The notes beneath the pieces were generated by a model. The model saw only the letters and a list, made by a program, of their open reading frames with translations, was not told the DNA's origin and did not search any database. A stretch of 64,000 bases of DNA, taken from Ginglymostoma cirratum (lineage: Eukaryota). Location: the NCBI GenBank assembly GCA_024137785.1, contig JAHRHZ010000222.1:36399197-36463196 (forward strand), in the 5' to 3' direction. Positions within the stretch are counted from its first letter, which is position 1. Each line of letters starts with the position of its first letter. Position numbers and translations under genes: made by a program. Shown one piece after another: positions 1-11,712 of the stretch.

Positions 1-103
1 AAGCAGCAGGAAAGCTTTCCTGCTCCTATGATGCTGCTTGGCCTGCTGTGTTCATCCAACTCCACACCTTGTTATCTCGGATTCTCCAGCATCCTACTAT
101 CTC
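1..103. mobile_element. Truncated copy of the palindromic Penelope-derived short repeat family
   Basis: Contains TTTCCTGCTCCTATGATGCTGCTTGGCCTGCTGTGTTCATCC...CCTTGTTATCTC, which recurs at ~1423, ~4691, ~16360, ~18765 and ~50860. Confidence 0.75.
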
Positions 104-379
104 AAAATTCTAATGCTTTGTTTTGTTTATTTTTCCTCTGGCAACTGTTCAGAACTGATTTAGAACATTTATTTGTACTTAAATGATTTTATGAATCAAG
201 TTTATTCATGAAATAATAAAAAAGGGTAGAGGCTCCAAAAGGGAGAACTGATTGATAAGCAGTAGGTAAGTTCAGGTAAAGATTTGCAACTTTTATCGTT
301 AATAGTTTGTAGGGTTTTTTTGTGGTTTAAAATTTATAAGGGTTGTATTCTGTACTAACTAGGAATAGGAAAGAAGAGC

Positions 380-3300
380 TCTACAGCAGTAGCTGGAGAC
401 CATCCATTAAGCTGAAAAAACCGCAGACAGTATGTACGGAGAGGTGGTCACACCACAGGCAAAAAGTGAATGGGTGACCATCAGGCAGAGTAAGAGGACT
501 GGGCAGGGAGTGTACAATCTCCCTGTGGCCATTCTCCTGGAAAACCAGATATATCACTTTGAATACTGTCAGCAAAGTGGCCTCTTGGGAAAACAACAAC
601 AGCCAAATTCATGGTACCACAGCTGACTCTGTTGCTCAGGGGAGGAGCAAAACTTGTGGAAATGCATTTTGTCATAGGGGATTCAATTGTAAGGAGAAAT
701 AGGTAAATGTTTCCAGACTCTGGGTTGGCATGTTCCCTCCCTGATGCTAGGATCAAGGATGGCTCAGGACATTTTGAAAGGGGAGAGTGTGCAGCCAATT
801 GTCGTGGTACACATTGGTACCAAAGACATAGGTTTAAAAAAGGGTTGCGGTCCTAAAAGCAAAATACTGGGAGTTAGGAAGCAAGCTGAAAAGGAAGACC
901 TCAAAGGCACTGATCTCAGGTTTACTACCTGCGCCATATGTTATTCAGAGTAGAAATAGCAGGACATATTAGATGAAAACATAGCTGACAAGATGGGGCA
1001 AGGGGGAGTGATTCAGATTCCTGGGGCATTGGAACCTGTTGTGGGTGAGGTGGGATCAGCACAAACTGGGCAGTATTTGCCCTGGGGAAGTATTTGCTAG
1101 AGTGGTTGTGGAGCATTTGAATTAAATTGGAGGAGGATGGGAACCCATGCAAGGAGTCAGGCGAAAAGGAATCAAGGTTAAGAACAAAAGACAGAAAGGT
1201 GAATAAGAAAAGTGATAGGCAGAGGAATCAGAGGCCACAGTTTTCTTTTAAAGTGGGAATAGCACAGGAACATTGAAAAGACAAGGCGACTTGTCTGCCT
1301 CCTCTCCACCTATCCTCTCCTCTATCCATCTTCTATCCGCCTCCCCCTCTCTCCCTATTTACTTCAGAACCCTCTTCCCCTCCCCCATTTCTGATGAAGG
1401 GTTTAGGCCCGAAACGTCGAGTTTTCCTGCTCCTATGATGCTGCTTGACCTGCTGTGTTCATCCAGCCCCATGCTTGTTATCTCGTTGCCACGGCTTTTG
1501 TGCCTGAATATACGAAGCATTCAAAATAAAGAGGATGAATTAATCATGCAAATGGATGTAATGTAAATGGTATGACGTAGTTAGTATTACAGAGACATGG
1601 CTGCAGGATGACCACGGATGGGAACTGAACATCAATGGGTATTCAGGAAGGACAGACACAAAGGAAAAAGTGGCGGAGTTGCATCACTGCTTAAAAAGGG
1701 ATATAAACACAGTATTCAGGAAAATGTTAGGTCAGACAATATAGAAACTGTATGGGTAGAATGGAGAAATACCAAATGGCAAAATATTAGTGGGGTGATA
1801 CACAAACCACCAAACTGTAGTGGTGATGTTAGAATGGTATTAAAATAGATAGCAGAGAGAAAGAAAGCAGTGAAGAAACATTTGTAAATGTGCATGACTT
1901 TAACTTGTAAATAGATTGGGGAAAAACAAAATAGTCACAATACTGTCGAGGACGATCTCCTAGAGTGAGTATAGGATGGTTTTCTGGATGAATACATTGA
2001 CAAATCAACTAGAAAGCAGGCCATCTTAGACTGGGTATTTATGCAATGAGAAAACTACATTACAAATTATTTTATAGACACCCCTCGGGACGAGTGACCA
2101 CAATATAATAGAACACATCTTCAAGATGGATAGTGAAGTAATTGTTTCTGAGACTAGGGCCCTGAATCTTGAGGGGAAACTGTGAAGGTAGGAGATGTGA
2201 GCTGGCTATGTTGGATTGGGAAATGTCACTAAAAGGAATGACAGTGGATAGGCAATAGCAAATATTCGAAGAGCGAATGGGTGAACTACAAAAATTGTAT
2301 ATTCCCATCTGCTGCAAGGGTGCAAAGAGAACAGCGCCAAACCATGGCTTATGAGGGAAGTTAGAGATAGCATTAAATGCAAAAGCAAAGCAAATTAGCC
2401 ACAGCAAACAAGGATTGGGACCAATTTATGAATCAGTAAAGCAGGTCAACAGATTGATTAAGAAGGGTAAAATAAAATATAAATTTAAGTGTGCAGGCAA
2501 CATCAAAACTGTCTGTCAAAATTATAATCAGTATGCAAATAGAAAAAGGCTGAACATTAATGTAGGTCCCTTCCTGTCAGAAATGGAAATTTATAGTAGG
2601 GAACAAAGAAAGGGCCGATGAACTAAATTCATACTTTGCTTCTGTCTTCACAAAGGAGTACATCAGAAAAATACCAAAAGTGATGGGGAACGCAGGGTTT
2701 AGTTAAGGGGAGGGACTGAAGCAAATCTGTATTAGCAAAGAAATGGCGTTGGAGAAATTGATGGGATTGAAGGCTGATACATCCCCATAGACTGAATCTA
2801 CATCACAAAGTAATAAAGGAAGTGGCCCTAGAAAAAGTGGATGCATTGAGGTCATCTTCCAAGATTCTTTAGACGCTGGAACAGATCCTACTGACTGGAG
2901 GGTAACTAATGTAACGCCACTATTTAAAAAGGGGGGGAGAAAGAAAACAAGAAATTATAGACGAGTGAGTCTGTCATCAGTAGTAAGGAAGGTGGTGGAG
3001 TCTATTATCAAAGATTTTACAGCCTAGCACCTAGAAAACAGGTAGAATCAGACACAGTGACCATGGGTTTATGAAAGAAAATCACGCTTGACAAATCTAC
3101 TGGAATTCTTTGAATATATAACTGGAAGAGTTGATCAGGAGGTTTCACTGAATGTGGTTTATTTAGACTTTCAAAAGGCTTTCGACAAAGTTCCACACAA
3201 GACAATGTTTAAAATTGGTAAGAGTGTATTGAGATGGATAGAAAATTGGTTAGCAGACTGAACCAAAGAGTAGGAATAAATGGGTCTTTTTCTGAATGGC

Positions 3301-4296
3301 AGGCAGTGACTCGGGGTACAACAGGGATCAGTACTAGGACCCTAGTTATTTGCAATATATGTAAATTATTTAGATGAGGGAGCTAAATGTATAATCTCAA
3401 TTTTCAGGTGATACAAATCTGGTTGGATGGGTGAGGTGTGAGGAGGATGCAGTGATGTGACCATGTGATTTGGATGGTCTGAGTGAGGGGTCAAATGCAT
3501 GGCAGATAAAGGCTTATGTGGATAAATATGAAGTTATCCACTTTGGTTGCAAAAATAGGAAGGCAGATTATTAATTGAATGGCTGCAAATTGAGGGAGAA
3601 GAATTATTCAACAAGACCTGGGTATCCTTGTGCAGCCGCGGCTGAAAGTTAAGTGTGCAGGTGCAGCAGGCAATAAAGAAGGCAAACTGTATGTTGGTCT
3701 TCATAACAAGAGGAATTGAGAACAAGAATAAAAATGTCTTGCTACAATTATACAGGACACTGGTGAGACCACACCTGGAATATTATGCACGGTTTTCAAT
3801 TCTTTGCCTGAAGAAGGATGTTCTTGCTAAAGAGGGAGCATAGCCAATGTTTAACAAATGGATTCTTGGCATGGCAGGACTGACATATGAGAAGAGATTG
3901 AGTCAATCAGGATTGTATCCACTGGAATTTTAGATGCATGGTTAGGGGTACAGGGGGAGGAGTTTATAAAATTCTAACCAGGCTAGACAGGTTAAATTTG
4001 AGGAAGAATGTTCACAATGGTGGGGGAGTCCAGAACCAGCAGACACAGTTTAAGGGTTAGGGATAAATCTTTTTGGACTAAGATTAGGAGAATTTTTTTA
4101 TAACCCACAGAAAGGTGAGTTTGTGAAATTCACTACCACAGAAAACATAGTGTTTTCAAGAAGGATATAGATATAGGTTTTGTGGCTGAAGGGATCAAGG
4201 GATATGGGGGGAGGGCAGGATTGGGGTATTGAACTTGATGATCATATCGAATGGTGGAGCAAGCTCAAAGAGTCAATGGCCTGTACCTGCTCCTAC
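380..4296 (+). mobile_element. Near full-length degenerate CR1-clade LINE (ORF1 esterase-like, APE endonuclease, RT)
   Basis: Broken-frame motifs in the expected order: VVVHIGTKDIG (ORF1 SGNH-like, ~800), ITETWL (~1585), FRKDRHKGKSGGVA (~1640), YLDFQKAFDKVPH (~3160), GVQQGSVLGP (~3315), LYRTLVRPHLEY (~3750), then a CR1-type 3' end AATGGCCTGTACCTGCTCCT (~4275-4294). Many stops and frameshifts. Confidence 0.88.
1288..1484 (+). mobile_element. Penelope-derived short repeat with hammerhead-like core, inserted in the CR1
   Basis: Pyrimidine-rich tract, then CTGATGA-A-GGGTTTAGGCCC-GAAACGTC (1391-1418), then the family tail. Closely similar to 18600-18825. Confidence 0.75.
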
Positions 4297-4584
4297 CTTC
4301 TTTGAGTGAAAACTTTTATCCATTTGACATCTCCTTCTTATAAATAAGGACATGGCCAATGAGAAAACTCTCAAAGAAAGATTAGGTTATTACAATAAAC
4401 AAGCCAATCAAAAGAAAAGATTGTACTTTCCTACGCAGCTGTCAACATTGTTAGTAGACCTAAGTGTATTAGCTATTCTTGAAACCCATCTTCGCATTCA
4501 TACTGAAACAGTTTGACAACTCTATCAACACAAGAAGTTAGAAAAGATGATACTTTTTTTTCTGCTGACCTCATTGAGTAGTTA

Positions 4585-4782
4585 GAGATAACAAGGTGTG
4601 GGGCTGGATGAACATAGCAGGCCAAGCAGCATCATAGGAGCAGGAAAGCTTGATGTTTCGGGCCGAGACCCTTCATCAGAAAAATCAAGCTTTCCTGCTC
4701 CTACGATGCTGCTTGGCCTGCTGTGTTCGTCCAGCTCCGCACCTTGTTGTCTCGGATTCTCCAGCATCTGCAGTACCTTTTA
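4585..4782. mobile_element. Palindromic short retroposon with 14-bp target-site duplication
   Basis: Inverted arms (GAGATAACAAGGTG... / ...CACCTTGTTGTCTC). Flanked by an exact TCATTGAGTAGTTA at 4571-4584 and 4783-4796. Confidence 0.85.
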
Positions 4783-6099
4783 TCATTGAGTAGTTATTCT
4801 GATTAGTTGAACAGATCAATATCAAAGTTCCTTTTTTCTCACAATACACTTCAGGTTGATGCTTATTTTTGGAAGAACCAAAAATGTAAAGTTCACACAT
4901 TGATCAAAAATCGTTTGTTCTCTGTTTTCTCTCATTATTTTACCAATACAAAGAACAATCTTAAAGTGCACATGCCTACGTCTGAAAATAAGTATTGAGA
5001 TCATATACCCAGTGATAATGTCTATAATTCAATACCTTGTAATTTATTAAAAATGTATTAGCCATGCTTGGATTCCAACCAGACAACACTGCATTATAGG
5101 CACACAGGAGATAAAGTTCATTCAAATCTGACAATCTGTTATTGCATGAGATATTTTTATCGGAACAACTGAGACATTTGAACAAAAAGTCATCTGCTGT
5201 GTTCTTTCTTGAATAACATGCTTTATACAGGCAATGCAGTTAATTCAGCAAACAGCAATTTAAGAGTTATAATTAAATATTATAGACATAAGTTCACATT
5301 ACAATGTACTGCACTTTTGTCCATAAAATATACTGGATCCTGTTTGTCCCATTTAGTCATAAATTGTGCGCATTATACCATATCAAATTAATGTTAACCA
5401 GTAGGAAATTTATATGTTTTATAATTTTTTTCATTATAGTTTAGAGACGCATTGTCATGAGGAATGTCTGGCTTTCCACGCCAGACATTCTTGGCATAAA
5501 GGTAGGCCACATGACATTATTAAATATAGTGCCAGGTCCTTTCAATATACTATTTTCAACAAGTTTATAAAAACTGAATTGTTTACAAAAGTTCAAATTT
5601 AAACTTTCAATTTAATGTTTAAACATTTAATTTAACATTTAAACAAAATCAAAGATTTTTTAAAACTGTATTTTAAAGAAGTTACTGATTGCACATGAAA
5701 GGCCTAAACACGTACCACCAAGTTGGATGCAAGCATGGATGTTCTTAACAGCTTAGATTGGTTTGATATATCACCATAATTACTTGCTTCCCCACCAGGA
5801 TGATGATACCCCTTCAAAACATACCAAGCCATTGACTAGAAGATAGTATTTCAATGTGAATTGCTGTTTATAAACATTCAGAATGAAAGTTCTGTTGATA
5901 AAAAAATTGTCCACTTAATCCTCAAGAATTCAAGTCACAACATTTGTCGTGCCTACTGTACATTCAGCAGCAGACTGGTGGTGGTGGTGGGGGCGGCGGT
6001 AGGGGGTTGGGGGTACAGGTTTTTATTTTCCAAATGTAAGCTACTCCAAAACTGCATAGTCAAGACCAACAGAACTGAATTATAGTCTCCCTTGTGAGA

Positions 6100-6541
6100 C
6101 ATGTAGAATAATTTCTCCAATATCTTTAAAATATTTTCAGACTAAATTACATTCCTAATAAAAACAATTTGCTCAAAACTAGCCAAGGAGAAAGCCAATA
6201 TACTGAATTAGAGATAAGGTATGATTACAGAGATGCACTACACAGAATCCCAGGCTTCAATTTCCCATGAAAAGGATAACATTTTCCCATAAATTAAAGT
6301 GTGCTACATCTAAAACTTCAATAGCTGTAATGTTTAGACCCTGTGTAGTTTATTTAATAGAGACTGAATCACCTCAAACTTTGCTGCACAATCCATGATC
6401 CTACAGTAAAATATCACCAGATGTGCAAGGGTGAAAAAGGAGTCTGTGGATCTGTGATCAGGATGTTGTAAATATGCAGACATTTTATAAACCAGCTGTC
6501 CTGCCTGTATGGCCAGGATAACATGACTTCTCAAAACAATT
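6100..6541 (-). pseudogene. KIAA0825-like remnant, C-terminal exon
   Basis: Strong acceptor TTTTTCCTTTTGTTTTTGTATTTGTTGGCAG|A. Peptides CLHIYNIL, then KMLSFSWEIEAWDSV*CISVIIPYL*...SLASFEQIVFIR...LKILEKL. These resemble recalled KIAA0825 LRQIYHIM, NMLDQSAITKWNWNWAKLLPNYL...TFSVLLKNR...KAILEHL. Confidence 0.55.
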
Positions 6542-6880
6542 CTGCCAACAAATACAAAAACAAAAGGAAAAACAGCAGACAGCTCCAACTTATTATGATT
6601 CTATTTTCAATATGAACAAATCAAACAAATGTCCATGATTAAAATGTCTTCATAGCGCGATGAACACATGAAAGCCTTCATTACTGTGCTTAGCACACTC
6701 CAGGATGTCTATACACAAAGCCAGTAAACATCCGATGCATTTGGGAGGGACTGTACAGGAGCTTTCAGCTTTCTTCAATCCTTCTGAATCTGTCTTTTAA
6801 GTATAATTTTATTAGTGAGGCACATGAAAACAATTAAATCCACTGCTGCGTCTCAAACAAGTTTGAGTTATCTCACTTAC

Positions 6881-7651
6881 AGTTTTAACCCTCTACGAGG
6901 CTCCAGCTGGACTTCCTATTTAATCTTCTTATATTTGCCCTAAAGTATTAAATCACAATTAGGTTATGCAATATTATCCATGTATGATGGTAAAAATTCA
7001 AGTCAGAGACAATCTTGTTCATAAAGTAGTGCAGCAATGGTGTAAAATCTTTTTCACAACTTTAGCAGGCTATGCTTAGCAACTTCTGTCACATAGGTGG
7101 TTAAAACTGGAAGGATACGTTACTACAATCTATCTACTCAGGGTAAATGATTCCCAACCCTCCTTGGCCAGCAATCTGGATCTTGAATTAATTTCATATT
7201 CAAATGTCAACTATCGTCAAAAGAATTGAAGGCCATTAATTCATTTTTCATATCAAAAGTTAAGTTACAATTTTAAGATGGAAAGAAATAATTTTGTATA
7301 GGCACAATGAATATCCAGTGAATTATGTAGAAGCAGAGAGAAGCTGCATTAAACACATTAGATGGTTGTTTCATCCATTTAACTTCACAAGTTCTTTACA
7401 GATCACTGCGATGGAAATCACTAACTCAGATCTTCCAACAAGGCGACAGTCATTGCTTAAGCATAAAGTGGAATTGTGGATCGAGACCACACAGAAGTTC
7501 TGACACAGCTGACTCTGTAGGTGTTGCCAAGGAAGTTGAAACTTTTGATGTCTGATTACTAGGTATCTGGCACCCTCTTAAAGATATTTCCAACTCCGAA
7601 TTGGAGTCAGAGACTTCGGAGGGTTCCAACCAGCTTGGCTTAATAGCTTTC
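6881..7651 (-). pseudogene. KIAA0825-like remnant exon
   Basis: Acceptor TTTTCTTTATCCCTTTAGATCTTTACAG|G at 7651; a perfect GTAAGT donor at 6880-6875 (3' boundary tentative). Peptides across frameshifts LSQAGWNPPKS, LLCGLDPQFHFML and GRSELVISIAVICK resemble recalled MPKEWNYSPKE, VIACLPPPVKYFF and AGLLVWNLIVIICR. Confidence 0.5.
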
Positions 7652-7989
7652 CTGTAAAGATCTAAAGGGATAAAGAAAACCTGCTGTATTCTTTCTGACT
7701 GCCCCTTCCCTAAACCTGAACTCATCTAACACAGACAGCTGATCCCCATGCTCTAGATTTTGGCATCCGTCCCCTTGACACACACCTGACTCCTTCCCCT
7801 GCCAGCCTCCAACACAACCCCAACACAGAATTGTGACCCTCCACCAACCCAACGCACCACTCCTGCAACATACAACCGAACCCCGGCCAAATCCCAGGCT
7901 CCCTCTCCAACCCTCGCCAGTAACCTGAAACTGACCCAATTCAACCCCTCTCTGTACCCCAACCACTCTTCAAACTGCCCTCAATTCAA

Positions 7990-8185
7990 AATAAAACTGA
8001 AAGAACTGCAGATGCTGGAAATCTGAAACAAAAACAGAAATTGCTTGAAAAACTCGGCAAGTCTGGCAGCACCGTTGGAGAGAAATCAGAATGTTTCTGG
8101 TCCAGTGATCATTCAAGGGTCCCTGATTTCTCTCCACAGATGCTGCCAGACTTGCAGAGCTTTCCCAGCAATTTCTGTATCTGTG
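7990..8185. mobile_element. Palindromic short repeat, second family (AACTGCAGATGCTGGAAATCTGAAACAAAAACAGAAATTGC...)
   Basis: Inverted arms around a short centre. Related copies at ~16595-16865, ~18185-18300, ~48940-49050 and ~49415-49640. Confidence 0.75.
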
Positions 8186-8452
8186 CCCTCGATTCAACTT
8201 CCTCTAGTTATTGTATACTGTTGTGTACTTACCTGCCACCCTACACAATTACCCCTACATGCGCACATATTCTCTAGAAATCATTAAATATAGCTGAGTA
8301 TCAAACAAAGAGAAAAATTAATTCCACTTAGAATTATTAAATAATCACCGTTGCTTTAAAATAAATTTTCTCATCACACCTGTCATTAATCAATAGAAAT
8401 ACTATTAAATGTTTAGAAGGAACAGAAGAAAAAAACGCAAAGCTGTGGATAC

Positions 8453-8994
8453 CTAGAGAAATTTTAAATTCCTTTCTATGTTGTTTCCTCCTGCCCTCAG
8501 GTAGCAGCATCTGGGGCCTGCCACACATTAGAGTCTGGAAGTGAAAGCACAGAAAGTTACCAGGGTGTTTGAGGTATGATTACCATTGGACAGATCTGCC
8601 ACTGCAGTAATCAGATGTTGTGGGCCCATATTCTTCATATGTCTTCACAACTGTGTTTCTCAGTTTGATATTGTGCAAACTTGTTACTATTTCTTGTCAC
8701 TATTGGATCACATGCTCCATCCAGCTGATACAGTCAATGGTCTGCAAGGACTCCTATGTAATTGAGAGGGTGTAAATCTGGCAAGGTAACCACTACCTAA
8801 AGGGTGCCTGTGCATTTTAAAGGGAAGATGTATAGTTTGATGATAACAAAAGTGATATTCTGAATCAGCAGGCTTTATGATGTCAACAATGTCCACGGTT
8901 TCTCTCGTACAGCAAGTCAACAGCAGAAAGGACATCCTCTTCAGCTGCAGTGGGCACTCAGATAAACATTTTAGTGCAGGCAAAGTGACAAATC
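8453..8994 (-). pseudogene. KIAA0825-like remnant exon
   Basis: Acceptor CATTACAG|G at 8994; tentative donor AG|GTATCC at 8452. Peptides ALKCLSECP, EKPWTLL (after a frameshift) and TIDCISWMEHVIQ**QEIVTSL resemble recalled IFKILYHCS, EEQLWDFL and VIRCLRLALTDAIKDTVQQIVSVM. Confidence 0.5.
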
Positions 8995-9689
8995 CTGTAA
9001 TGTATGACAAGAAATGTTCTCAGGTCTGGCAGCAGTGCCAGAGAAAAAAAATCTAATGACCTCACCAGACTGCCAAGGTACAACTTGCTTAATATTTCTC
9101 ATACTATCTACATAGGCGTGTACCATTACAATTTAGCTCAGTATTATCAGTCCCTCCCTTCCCGATTGCCATACTTCTTGTCCAATCATAATGAGCACTT
9201 GACTCCTTTTGCTCGTACTCATACCCTCAAACCTCATACTATTCTAATAGCAACTTCTATTTTAATCCCACGCGTTGCTGTTTCTAGTCATCATGTATGT
9301 AATGCTAAACTGCCTTAGATAATTTGGGGAGACTTGGAAGTGAGTCAAACCTACCCATTGCAATGCTTCTTGGAAGAAGGACGTAACCAAATGAAGAATC
9401 TGAGAACAAGAGGAAAATTGAACCTCTAAATGCAATGTGGCATCAAGAGAAGAGACTACCCTTTCCATCACTAGCAGATAAAACAATAAACGGGGGGGGG
9501 AATAGGTAAAAGTGGTGCAGAGTGGGTGTATAGACTTTTAAAACAAAACAATCATTCTTGGATGTGGATGTCATTGGCATGCCCAGCATTTATTATGAAT
9601 CCATAGTTGTCCTAGATACAACTGATTGTCTTACCTAGCCGGTTAACAATCAACTGTATTGGTGTGGGCCTACAGCCATAAGCAATTAG

Positions 9690-10540
9690 TTGCATTTTGT
9701 TTTAAAACAATGATTGTCTGAAAACTTTGCGCTCAGTTGTTTCGTGGCCCCCACAACATTACGGGTAGAATTAATGATTTGGAAGGATTCCTCAAACTGA
9801 GGAGTGAACCCCAGGATGTATTATCCTCTGGATATCCATAGAAAGGTATAAAAGTTTTTTTTTCAACTTGACTGACTGATGTTACTGACATCTAGTGTAG
9901 CAGCCTGGAAGTAACCAGATGAAAGGACAGTCAGGTCTGCAGTGACACTGACAGTAACAAGTAATTCTGTACTTCTGTGGATTGTAGATGGGGATACAAT
10001 CCAGTGACAGCTTTTCTGGTTGATGCTCTTGAGCAAACGGCAGTCGTTTTGTTCTAGGTCTGTATGTTCTGTCAGAATCAGAAATATTTCTGCAAACATG
10101 CTTTCTTCTATTTGTTCCTTCCTCCTGTCAGAATTCAAATGCCAGATTACTCTCTGCAAAGAAACAGCATACTGCCAAAAGTCCCACAAATGTTCTACGT
10201 GTTTAACAGCTATTGCGTGCAACTTAAAATAGTCTCAGCGACAAAAAGCACAGTGCGATACGAGCTGAAAGGCTCCCAATACTTTCTAATGTTTTAACTG
10301 AATGCAGCTTGGGAATATCACTGGAAATTGTGCCTCTTGTACTAATGCAAGTGGAGATAAAACTGCAACATGATTCCTAAATGCTTCATCTAATCCCAAT
10401 TTTATTTTGTCATTATTGTGCATCTGTTTGAAGTCAGCAAATTCAGAGGAAGAGGATAACCAGTTGTAGGTCAGTAGTTCCACTTCCCATCCAAATTTGG
10501 TCTGGTTCTTAGACAGAAATAAGGTCCCAGTACACAAGAG
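9690..10540 (-). pseudogene. KIAA0825-like remnant, central (DUF4495-like) exon
   Basis: ORFs 10286..10537 and 9863..10222 share one frame (~225 codons with only two internal stops). Motifs in order: KFGWE, VLSPLALVQEAQF, WQYAVSLQRVIW, IHRSTELLVTVSVTADLTVL..YFQ, FLWIS, VMLWGPRNN*. Recalled KIAA0825 counterparts: DFGWR, [69 protein letters not shown]. Confidence 0.65.
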
Positions 10541-10554
10541 CCATCTGTATGGGC

Positions 10555-10715
10555 AATGGAATGCAGGTCTTTATCTTATGAAGGCTAGAACACAAAGGGC
10601 TGGTAGTTATATTGTAGTTGTATCAGATATTTGTTGGTTCTGTTCTATTTAAGATCAGCATCTAGTCCTCAAGTTGAGGATGACATTTACAGAGGTTCAC
10701 AAGTTTCTAGCATAT
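10555..10715 (+). mobile_element. Old CR1 RT fragment
   Basis: AGGCTAGAACACAAAGGG...GTTATATTGTAGTTGTAT resembles the CR1 'GLEYK..VMLQLY' segment. Confidence 0.45.
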
Positions 10716-11712
10716 ATCTTCCTGTTAATTAACAAATCGATTCCTGACCCACAGATCTTTGTGAAAAAGGGGCAGAAATTATGACAATGTGGTGGGATCT
10801 GGATTGCAGGATTTGGTTTCATTTCTTTCATTTTGTGCCACTGCTCAGCCTCACTACAAAGAGGTTTGGAATCAACGAATGACACAAATTGATGGATATG
10901 TCAGGATCTTTACCAATTGGTATCAAACTTATCCCCAGTCATTAATGTCAATGTTATCAGGCTTCAATGAAAACTTCACAGTGTCTTTTTAGCATTTTCT
11001 GTGTCCTTTCCTGGAATACTGACCATTTGAGAGTTGAGAAAACTACACTTGACAGGGAAGATCTTTCAGCCATCCAGGCGCAGTGCCCAGTCCATTGGGT
11101 TGCAGAGGCTTTGTCTCAACATTTGCAGAGCTGGTTACTAACATTCTTGGACAGTCCTCCTGACTGAATCCAGAAAGTGTGGTGCAGGCATTGCCGATGG
11201 AATTTCTCTCATGCTTTTATGTCTCACAGATACATTGTCCAGGTGTCACTGTGGTACAGGAGTGTGGTGAAATCAGCTGGTCTGTACGTTGGGATGCTTG
11301 TTGACTTCCAGAGGTTTTTGTTGTCAATTACTGCAGCAGCTGGTAGAAGACTGAACTAGCCCTGCATTTGGTGTTGGATTTCCTCGTCAATGGTGGGCTT
11401 TTGAGAAAGACGGCTACCCAAATATGAGAGACGCTCATTTTCCACAATCTTTTCCTTCGACGTATATTTACAAAATATTTGACTGACCTGGGCTAGGGTG
11501 ATGTTTGAGTTTTGATTTCGCAATGTTCAAAGAACAGGTCAAGTCTCCTCTATGCAGAATTCAAGGGATCGAAATTGGTTGGCAAATCTAGCAGAGTGTG
11601 CAACAACAGTGCAGTCATCCAAAAATTGGACATTATTTACAGCTATGGTGGTCAGTTCAGATTTGGCTTTGAGGCAACTGAAGTTAAACAGTTTCCCATC
11701 TAGTGATATTTA
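10716..11712 (-). mobile_element. RTE-clade LINE, 3' half (RT domain 5 to C-terminus)
   Basis: Minus-strand peptides DGKLFN..LKAKS, VQFLDDCTVVAHS (YADD-like), YLGSRLSQKPTIDEEIQH, and a terminal CPFFTKICGSGIDL zinc-knuckle-like motif. Confidence 0.75.

Noticed and set aside
4582-4789. Recurrent peptides such as LDEHSRPSSI / SSFPAPMMLLGLLCSSS as a gene family
   Set aside because: Translations of the palindromic repeat on both strands, not genes.
8445-8452. GTATCC donor as a U12 minor-intron site
   Set aside because: It continues AC rather than TT, so it lacks the U12 consensus GTATCCTT.
6100-10540. In-frame TGA/TAG stops as selenocysteine or readthrough recoding
   Set aside because: Stops of all three types co-occur with frameshifts and transposon disruption; ordinary decay is the simpler explanation.
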